Assembly: GCA_963805945.1 (NCBI GenBank)
Contig: CAWDVP010000004.1
Span: 120,830 to 184,829 of the forward strand
Direction of reading: 5' to 3'
Source: Vulcanimicrobiota bacterium
Lineage (GTDB): Bacteria; Vulcanimicrobiota; Vulcanimicrobiia; Eremiobacterales; Eremiobacteraceae
Length of the DNA: 64,000 nucleotides
This document shows positions 56,895 through 64,000 of this stretch, piece after piece. Below the pieces are notes generated by a model that saw only the letters and a program-made list of their open reading frames with translations, did no database searches and was not told where the DNA came from. The number at the start of each line of letters is the position of its first letter. The stretch's first letter is position 1. Position numbers and translations under genes: made by a program.

Positions 56895-58241
56895 TTAGAG
56901 CAGTCCGGCGGCGCGGCGCAGTGCGACCAATGCCACATGCGCATCGGCGAGCGCCGAGGCGTCTTGCACCTGCGTCTGGGTGTACGCGAGCAACGCCTCG
57001 GTGAGCTCGAGCGCCGTGCCGACGCCCGAGCGATAGCGCAGCTGCGTCACGCGCAAACTCTCGGCGGCCGCGACCTGCGCGGAGTTCGCGGCGGTCACCG
57101 CCGATTGCGCGGCGGTATAGTTGAAGTACGCCTGGCGCGTCTCGAGATCGACGTTGTTGCGGATCTGCTGCAGATTGATCTCCGCCTTGCCGACCTGCGC
57201 TTGCGCCTCGGCGACCTTGCCGTGGGTGAGTCCGCCGTCGAAGAGCTTCCACACCACCGCCAACGTCTCGGTGAGCTGCGGCTGCGGCACGTTCACGAAA
57301 TTGGGCTTGCTCGACGCATCCTGGATCTGCAGGCCGATGGTCGGCAGCGTGCCCGAGCGCGCCGCCTGCACCGCGCGCTGCGCGATGGTCACCGCGTCCG
57401 TGGCGGCGGCGATCTCGGGTCGCAGTTTCTGCGCGTCGGTGAGCACTTCGCTCAAGGCATACGTCGCGGTCTGCGGCTCGAGCTTTTCGGTCGGTTCGAT
57501 GATGCCGCCGAGATCCGCGTTGAGCAGGTTCGCGAGCTGCGCGTTGGCTACGTCGGCGCGGTTGTGCGCGCGCACCGCGTCGACTTGCGCGTTGGCAAGC
57601 GACACCTGTTGGCGCAGCACGTCCGCCTTGGCGGCCACGCCCGCGGCGAAGAGCTGGTTCGAGGTGGTGAGGTTCTGCTGCGCGACGTCGACCGCTTCGT
57701 CGGCGATGGCCACCTCGCGCCGCGCGAGCACCAAAGCGAAATACGCGTTCGTGCTGTTGTTGATGACGTCGGCGCGCACCGCCGCGTAGTCGCTCTCCGA
57801 TGCGGCGAAGCCGGCTGCCGCCGCGCCGATGGCGGCCTGCACGGCGCCGCCGGTATAGATCGCGTATTGCAGCGTCGCGTTGACGTTGTTGATGTCGGTG
57901 GCGGAGAACGGCGCCTTCTGCAGGACGGGCGGACCGCTCGGCTGTGGCACGGGCAGGAAGAAGAACGCGGCGTTTTGCGTGTGTTCGTACGCGTAGCCCG
58001 CCGAGACCGTCGGGTACGCGTTGCCGCGCGCTTGGATGAGCCGCGCTTGCGCCGCTTTGACGTCTTGGGCGGCGGCCTTATAGTTCAGATTGTTCGCGAG
58101 CGCGGTCGAGATCGCGTTATCGAGCGAGAGCGGAATAGGCGACGGGCTCGGCGTCGCGTTCGCGGCGCTCAGAACAGGCGCCGGCGCGGCGGCGAAGAGC
58201 ACCGCGGCGATCGCGGCGAGGAGCGCTGTGTTCGGCTGCAT
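56895..58241 (-). CDS. TolC family outer membrane protein
   Basis: LSLDNAISTALANN, LFDGG, RYRSGVGT..E. Confidence 0.9.
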   Translation of the reverse strand: MQPNTALLAAIAAVLFAAAPAPVLSAANATPSPSPIPLSLDNAISTALANNLNYKAAAQDVKAAQARLIQARGNAYPTVSAGYAYEHTQNAAFFFLPVPQPSGPPVLQKAPFSATDINNVNATLQYAIYTGGAVQAAIGAAAAGFAASESDYAAVRADVINNSTNAYFALVLARREVAIADEAVDVAQQNLTTSNQLFAAGVAAKADVLRQQVSLANAQVDAVRAHNRADVANAQLANLLNADLGGIIEPTEKLEPQTATYALSEVLTDAQKLRPEIAAATDAVTIAQRAVQAARSGTLPTIGLQIQDASSKPNFVNVPQPQLTETLAVVWKLFDGGLTHGKVAEAQAQVGKAEINLQQIRNNVDLETRQAYFNYTAAQSAVTAANSAQVAAAESLRVTQLRYRSGVGTALELTEALLAYTQTQVQDASALADAHVALVALRRAAGLL

Positions 58242-58372
58242 GCCTTTCCTTCTACCCGCGGCGACTACGTATCGCACGGCGCTCTTTCCCCCGTGAAATG
58301 AAAGAGCGGCACGGCGCCGGGTGTGGGCGCGCATGCCGCTCGTGGCGGATCACGTGTGTCAGAGGTCGGCGC

Positions 58373-58720
58373 TTAGGCTGCTGGCGCGACGCCCGCGGCG
58401 ATCGCCGGCGTCAGATGGAACACGCGCGACAGGCCGGTGAGCTCCATGATGCGCCGGACGTCCGGTTTGGACGCGCGCACGCGCACTTCGCCGCCGCGGT
58501 TGCGCGCCATGCGCAGGGTCGCGATGAGCGCCGCGAGGCCGGTGGAGTTGAGCGCGCCGACGCGGTCGAGGTCGATGGTGAGATTGACTTTGCCGGACTC
58601 GACGACGCGAGCCAGCTGACGTCGGGCTTTCTTGCCGCCCGCGTCGTCTAGATCACCGATGAGGGAAACGTCGGCGTCGCGAAGGTCGCCGATGTTCTTG
58701 ATGTTGATTTCGATTGCCAT
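58373..58720 (-). CDS. STAS-domain anti-sigma factor antagonist
   Basis: LIGDLD, IDLDRV..LNSTGL..L, MELTGL. Confidence 0.85.
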   Translation of the reverse strand: MAIEINIKNIGDLRDADVSLIGDLDDAGGKKARRQLARVVESGKVNLTIDLDRVGALNSTGLAALIATLRMARNRGGEVRVRASKPDVRRIMELTGLSRVFHLTPAIAAGVAPAA

Positions 58721-58808
58721 GATAGGATCCTAAGAAAAAGTGGGCCAGAATGGTTGGTTGCCATACTGTTTACCGCTTTATAATAACCTGGCTAACGGAA
58801 GATTACAA

Positions 58809-59435
58809 CTAGTTTCCTTCAGTATACCTAGTCGTGTCCCGTGATGCGGTCGAGCTAACGGGCGGCGGGCGGCCGGGTCGGCGCCGTGGCTCAAGCCGCA
58901 CGCGGACCCGCGAATAGGCCATATCGTTGAAGAAATCGCCCATGAGCATGCCGTTGGAGTAGCCCAAGAACTCCTGGCGCGACGACCCACCAGCGCGGAA
59001 GACGACGCCGAAGGTCCTCGCGATGCCGGGCGGGATCACGCGATCGACCTGATTCTGCGCATCGAACGCACGCTGGCCGTCGGCATCGTACGTCTGCCGA
59101 GCCCCGCCGATATCGTGCTGCAGATAGACGATCGCCGGATCCCAGGTGTAGGGCACGCGCTCGGCATGGTTCTCGACGTTGACGCTGACGACCCAAAACA
59201 TACAGCCCGAGGGCGCGGGCGCCGAGGCGGTCGATTCGCAGCGCGACGAGACTTGGTGGCCCGGCGGCCCGAGCTCGCGCGCGAGGCTCACGCCGACCAC
59301 CGAGTAGACGAAATCATCCTGGCGGACCGGGGCGCGCAGCCCGACCGTCTCGATCGGTCCCCAGACCGCATACGCGAAATAGCCGAGGATCGCGATGACG
59401 AACAGGCTGAGCAAGAGCGTCGCGACGCGTTTCAT
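58809..59435 (-). CDS. Hypothetical membrane-anchored protein (DUF4352-like)
   Basis: N-terminal TM; QDDFVYSV, VENHAERV. Confidence 0.6.
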   Translation of the reverse strand: MKRVATLLLSLFVIAILGYFAYAVWGPIETVGLRAPVRQDDFVYSVVGVSLARELGPPGHQVSSRCESTASAPAPSGCMFWVVSVNVENHAERVPYTWDPAIVYLQHDIGGARQTYDADGQRAFDAQNQVDRVIPPGIARTFGVVFRAGGSSRQEFLGYSNGMLMGDFFNDMAYSRVRVRLEPRRRPGRPPPVSSTASRDTTRYTEGN

Positions 59436-59529
59436 CCATTACTTTGTAGCGCAAAGCGAGCGGATGTCAAGCCAAAAAGAAGACCACCGCTTACGCGGTG
59501 GTCTCGCTCCATGTGCCAGGGTCGACGGA

Positions 59530-60045
59530 CTAGAGCCAAATCGGCTTCTTGCCCGACGTGTTGCCGCAATAGTACATGTGCACATCATGCTTCACGTACC
59601 ACGCGTGGATGTCGTAGTGCGGGATCTCGTAGCCCGGATGGCCGTGCGGCTCGAACCAGATGTCGACGTGATCGATCTGATGTCCGGGCAGCGGCACGAG
59701 CACTTGGTCCCAGCTCATGCCTTTCGCGAACGAGGTCTGCGGTATCATCACCTCGGTGAAGGTCGGTTGGCCGTTCATGTAGCCGTAGATCGGGCCGAAC
59801 GGCCACTTGTTCGGAGCCGCGTAGTGGAAGCCCATCGTCGGGATGCAGCCGCCACCCGGAACGACGTCGGCGGGCAGGCCTGCCGGATGCGGGCTGCCGG
59901 GCGTCATGACCATCTTGTAGACCGCGGGGGTCATGCCTGGTGGCAACTTCGGAGGCGGGGTCGGAGTGGCGGCGGCCTGCGCGACCGCGGCGAACGCGAT
60001 GACCGCGGCGCAGGTCACGAAGATCCGAAAGAGATTCAAACGCAT
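59530..60045 (-). CDS. Secreted His-rich putative metal-binding protein (DUF5602-like)
   Basis: Signal peptide; MGFHY, DHVDI..PHGHPG..PHYDIH; GAGGAG RBS. Confidence 0.7.
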   Translation of the reverse strand: MRLNLFRIFVTCAAVIAFAAVAQAAATPTPPPKLPPGMTPAVYKMVMTPGSPHPAGLPADVVPGGGCIPTMGFHYAAPNKWPFGPIYGYMNGQPTFTEVMIPQTSFAKGMSWDQVLVPLPGHQIDHVDIWFEPHGHPGYEIPHYDIHAWYVKHDVHMYYCGNTSGKKPIWL

Positions 60046-60127
60046 CTAACTCTCCTCTAGAATAAGCGGTTGGACGTCGAAAACGGCGGGCACGAAAAAA
60101 TGCCGCCGGTTCTAGCCGATATTGCGA

Positions 60128-60150
60128 CCCGAGCTCCGCTCGGGCAGTGC
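60128..60150 (-). repeat. Degenerate REP family C hairpin
   Basis: GCACTGCCCGAGCGGAGCTCGGG on the minus strand. Confidence 0.6.
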
Positions 60151-60261
60151 AAGGGTGATTCGAGCAGCGTTCCCGCGCACCTGTGTTTATGAGGCTTTTG
60201 GCACGCCCGGCAGCGCCAAAAGCGAGGCTTTCGCCGCCGCGCATGAGAACCGAGCCAGCCC

Positions 60262-61734
60262 GTGTACGACAATCTTCAAGACTTCGTCGCTGCCCTGCGC
60301 GCCGCCGGCGAACTGCAGGAGATCGCGACCGAACGTCGACCCGCGCTTCGAGATCACCGAGATCGCCGATCGCTGCGTCAAGAGCCCGAGCGGCGGGCCT
60401 GCCTTGCTGTTCACCAACGTCAAGGGCTCGCAGTTCCCCTTGCTCATCAACGCGCTTGCCTCCGAGCGGCGCATGGCGATGGCGCTCGGCGTCGAGAAGC
60501 TCGACGATCTCGGCGCCAAAGTCTCCGGCTTGCTCGATCTGCTCAAGCCCGGCTCGCTCGCGAGCAAACTCGGCGACCTCTTCGCGCAGCGCGAGCTGCT
60601 CGGCATCATGCCCAAGACGGTGCGTTCAGGCGCGTGCCAGGAGATCGTCGCGCGAAGGCGATGCGGTCGACCTGCGCGAGCTGCCCGTGCTCACCTGCTG
60701 GCCGATGGACGGCGGACCGTACATCACCCTGCCGCTCGTCTTCACCAAGAATCCGGAGAGCGGCGCGAACAACGTCGGCATGTATCGCATGCAGGTCTTC
60801 GATGCGCGCACCACCGGCATGCACTGGCAGCGCCACAAGCACGGCAGAGAGCATCAAGACGCGTCGGCGCCGTCCGCGCGGATGCCGGTGGCGGTCGCCA
60901 TCGGCGGCGATCCCACGCTCACCTACGCGGCGACCGCGCCGCTGCCGTCGGGCATCGACGAGATGCTGCTCGCGGGTTTCTTGCGCGGGCGCGCGGTGCC
61001 GATGGTGGCCTGCAAGACCGTCGACTTGAAAGTGCCCGCCGACGCCGACTTCGTGCTCGAGGGCTACGTCGACAACGGCGAACTGCGCCGCGAGGGGCCT
61101 TTCGGCGATCACACCGGCGTCTATTCGCTCGCGGACGACTACCCGGTCTTCCACGTCACCTGCGTCACCCGCAAGCGCGAGCCGATCTACTGGACCACCA
61201 TCGTCGGCCGGCCGCCGATGGAGGACGGCTGGTTGGGCAAAGCGACCGAGCGCATGTTCTTGCCGATCCTCAAGCAGATGCTGCCGGAGATCGTCGACTA
61301 CAATCTGCCGGTCGAAGGCGGCTTCCAGAACCTCGTCATCGTGTCGGTGCGCAAGCGCTATCCCGGCCAGGCGAAAAAAGTGATGTACGCGCTGTGGGGA
61401 CTGGGCCACATGATGATGCTCACGCGCAACATCATCGTCGTCGACGCCGACGTCGACGTGCAGAACGTGCGCGAGGTCGCATGGGTGACGCTCAACAACG
61501 TCGACGCGGGGCGCGATCTCGTGTTCGCGCCGGGTCCGGTCGACGCGCTCGATCACGCCGCGCCGCTTACCGTCGCTGGGCACGAAGCTCGGTATCGACG
61601 CGACACGCAAAGGCCCCGAGGAAGGCTACACGCGCGAGTGGCCGCCGAACATCGTGATGTCCGACGACGTCAAGGCGCTCGTGAGCAAGCGCTGGAACGA
61701 ATACGGCCTGCCCGACCCCTTCGCACATGGCTAA
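60262..61734 (+). CDS. UbiD-family (menaquinone biosynthesis) decarboxylase, three frameshifts
   Basis: GGPALLF, NVGMYRMQV, EGPFGDHTG, GRPPMED, GPVDALDHA, KLGIDAT. Confidence 0.9.
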
Positions 61735-62649
61735 TGCCATGGCGATGTAGGGGCCGATCTTCAGATCGGCCCAACTCGTTCGTCGCCTTCATCCGCGAGA
61801 TCAAACCAGAGCACACGCTCTTCCAATTGCCGTTCGCCTACACCGGCGCGCTGCTCGCGCAAGGCGGCGTGCCCTCGCTGCGCGTGCTCGTGTGGATCAC
61901 GCTCGCCGTGCTGGGCGCGCGCACCGCGGCGATGGCGGCGAACCGGCTGCTCGACGCGCGCATCGACGCGCGCAACCCGCGCACCGCGAAACGCGCGCTC
62001 GCGACGGGCGAGCTCACGCCCGCGCCGTTCTGGTATGCGGTGGTGGCCGGCATCGGGCTGCTCACGATTGCCGCGTCGCAGCTCAATCCGCTGTGCTTCG
62101 CGCTCGTGCCTTTGGGCGCGCTCGGGCTCATCTTGTATCCGTTGGCCAAGCGCGTCTGGTGGGGCGTGCACTTCTTGCTCGGCGCGGTGGATGCGCTTGC
62201 TCCCCTGGGCGGCTGGCTTGCGGTGAGCGGCCGCTTCGAGTGGCCGGCGATCATGCTGTGGCTCGCGGTGACGCTGTGGGTGGCCGGTTTCGACATCCTC
62301 TACGCGCTCATGGATCAGGATTTCGACGTCGCCGAGGGCGTGCGGTCCATCCCGGCGCGCTTCGGCTCGGAAGCCGCGCGGCGGCTGCCCATCGTCCTGC
62401 ACGTCTGCATGCTGGGGCTGCTCGCCTGGTTGGGCGTCTCGATGCACCTCAATGCTCTGGTACTGGGCCGGGGTCGTCGCCGGAATCGCGCTCATCGGCT
62501 ACGAAGCATACATCATCCGGCGGCGCAGCGACGACGTGTTCGCGCTCAACGCCGCGATCTTCAACGCCAACATGACGTTTTCGGTCGTGTTCCTTGCGAC
62601 CACGGCAGGCTCGCTGCTGGCCGCGACACCACCGCCGCTCACGCACTGA
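61734..62649 (+). CDS. UbiA-like polyprenyltransferase (frameshift near 62460)
   Basis: EHTLF.LPF, ARTAAMAANRLLD..ID..NPRT..R, AGFDILYA..D..FD. Confidence 0.9.
61747..61772 (+). repeat. REP family A hairpin inside the ubiA-like 5' coding region
   Basis: GTAGGGGCCGATCTTCAGATCGGCCC, identical to 48025-48050. Confidence 0.85.
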
Positions 62650-62660
62650 GAAAGCACGCA

Positions 62661-63833
62661 ATGCACATCGGATTCAAAGCGCTCCTCGCCGCCTGCGCGG
62701 CCGCACTGCTGACCGGCTCCACGCTCACCGCACCCGCGCTGGCGGACTTCCCGGTCTACGCGCACGTCGTCGGCATCGCGCTCGTCGCGCCGCTCACCGG
62801 CGACAAGAAAGCGCTCGGCATCCAGCTCTCCAACGGCATGGTGCTCGCGATCGACGAGGTCAACGACCGGCGCGGGCTCGCCGACTTCGGCTACGTCTTC
62901 CACTCGTTCGACGATCAGGACGATCCCGGCGTGGCGTCGCAGCAGGCCGAGTTCACGCAGGTCGACACGACCACGTCGATCGTCGTCGGCCACGTCGGCG
63001 CCGAGGCGACCTACTTGGCCGAGCAGGTGTATCACGATAAGGGCGTGCCGCTCATCATCCCGACGCTGCCGTACGCGCAGCTCACCCGGCGCGGCTACGA
63101 CAACATCTTCCGCCTCTGCCCGACCGATGTCGTCGAAGGCCAGCAGGCGGCGCGCTACGCCGAACGCACGCTGCACGCCAAGAAGGCGGCGATCGTGTAT
63201 GAGGAGACCGACTACGGCGCGGACGCGGGCGCGGGCTTCGTCGACTACGCGGGCTCCGGCAAGGCGCTCGCCGCCAAGGATTTCGCGGTCACGACGGATC
63301 TCAAGAACCTCAGCGCGATCGTCGCGGCGGTCAAAGACTACGCGCCCGACGTGCTCTACCTGAGCGGCAACGGCATCGACGAGGCGGCGGTGTTAGGCGC
63401 GCTGCGCAACGCCGGCATCACCGCTCCCGCGCTCGGCTCCCAGGCCCTGTACGACGAGAAATTCGCCAAGGCCGCCGGCGCGGGGGCGGACGGGATGATC
63501 GTCTCCGCCTGCGTGCCGCCGATCGAGTTCGTGCCGACCGCGGTCGACTTCATCCACCGCTACACCGCGCGCTTCGGGCGCCCCACGTCCTACGCGCTGA
63601 TGGGCTACGTGGCCGCGCAGATCGCCATGTCGGCGGTGCAACAGATCCGCAGCTCGGACAAGACGCAGCTGATCCGCGAGCTATCGGTCGGGTCGTTCCC
63701 GACGATCCTGGGCAACTACAGCTTCACCCGCGGCGGCGATGTCGCCAACCCGATCGTCTACTTCTATCAGTGGAGCAACGGCGCGTTCAAGTATCTCACG
63801 TCATCGTATCCGAACCCGCTCGTCGCCCACTAG
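62661..63833 (+). CDS. Branched-chain amino acid ABC transporter substrate-binding protein
   Basis: Signal peptide; APLTG, DDQDDP, IFRLCPTD..G, TDYG. Confidence 0.88.
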   Translation: MHIGFKALLAACAAALLTGSTLTAPALADFPVYAHVVGIALVAPLTGDKKALGIQLSNGMVLAIDEVNDRRGLADFGYVFHSFDDQDDPGVASQQAEFTQVDTTTSIVVGHVGAEATYLAEQVYHDKGVPLIIPTLPYAQLTRRGYDNIFRLCPTDVVEGQQAARYAERTLHAKKAAIVYEETDYGADAGAGFVDYAGSGKALAAKDFAVTTDLKNLSAIVAAVKDYAPDVLYLSGNGIDEAAVLGALRNAGITAPALGSQALYDEKFAKAAGAGADGMIVSACVPPIEFVPTAVDFIHRYTARFGRPTSYALMGYVAAQIAMSAVQQIRSSDKTQLIRELSVGSFPTILGNYSFTRGGDVANPIVYFYQWSNGAFKYLTSSYPNPLVAH

Positions 63834-63871
63834 ACTCACGAAGCCGCCGAAGTGGGAATGAGGCCCTGTTC

Positions 63872-64000
63872 TTAGAGCTGCTCCGGCCAGAGCTCGGACA
63901 CGCGCATCGACCAACCCGGCAAGATCGTGGGCAGATCGAGTGTGTCAGCATCCGTAAGCGTGCGAGGGGGCTGGTCGTCGGCGTCGACTTTGACCGTTTT
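63872..64000 (-). CDS. C-terminus of a probable second Uma2 endonuclease (partial)
   Basis: RTLTDADTLDLPTILPGWSMRVSELW matches the Uma2 C-terminal pattern. Confidence 0.6.
   Translation of the reverse strand, partial: KTVKVDADDQPPRTLTDADTLDLPTILPGWSMRVSELWPEQL

Noticed and set aside
58725..58790. c-di-GMP-I riboswitch upstream of the STAS gene (GGTAAAC...)
   Set aside because: Only one short hairpin, with no GNRA loop/receptor or GCAAA junction; more simply a promoter (TTGTAA-17-TATTAT) and plain leader
60100..60190. Cobalamin or c-di-GMP-II riboswitch (GGGAA...CACTGCCC)
   Set aside because: Remaining conserved elements are missing; the central stem is explained by a REP-C copy
60183..63833. 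1216-aa ORF appearing to fuse UbiD, UbiA and an ABC binding protein
   Set aside because: Artefact of indels: each gene has its own start and stop in shifted frames (61734, 62649, 62661)

Overview
High-GC bacterial chromosomal window. The combination of an outer-membrane TolC, a Gram-positive-type LexA box, a Firmicutes-like rpsO-pnp / greA-lysS / lexA-LysM layout and many secreted proteins suggests a diderm Terrabacteria lineage, plausibly Ca. Eremiobacterota (inference only). Several genes are split by single-base indels clustered at about 0-5.7 kb, 29.3 kb, 51.7-55.5 kb and 60.3-62.5 kb; these look like sequencing or assembly errors rather than pseudogenes. Housekeeping genes: rplM-rpsI, truA, lysS, greA, dusB, panC-coaBC-coaX, lexA, rpsO-pnp, ubiD/ubiA-like. 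The window also has two type II TA loci, ABC, PTS and ion-channel genes, and signalling genes (GAF-PAS adenylate cyclase, PilZ, FHA, STAS). The most notable items are: (1) a miniaturised flagellar-type basal body/export cluster (flgB-flgC-fliE-fliF-fliH-fliI-SLT) in which FliF appears fused to a single FliG-like ARM motif and no free fliG or fliJ is present; (2) a four-gene operon (class III aminotransferase, SRPBCC protein, acyl-ACP-reductase-like protein, uncharacterised protein) resembling a split TamH/PigE fatty-amine pathway; (3) about 20 GTAG-type REP hairpins in three families, some read in-frame in gene N-termini, some supplying stop codons, and some bounding a tandem gene duplication; (4) a CxxCH-less cytochrome-c-like mini-protein next to a Met-less bacterioferritin and a tspO remnant within 170-bp direct repeats; (5) a candidate attenuator/riboswitch upstream of an ABM-like gene. 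No rRNA, tRNA, CRISPR array or transposase was recognised. All family calls come from manual motif recognition, not database searches.
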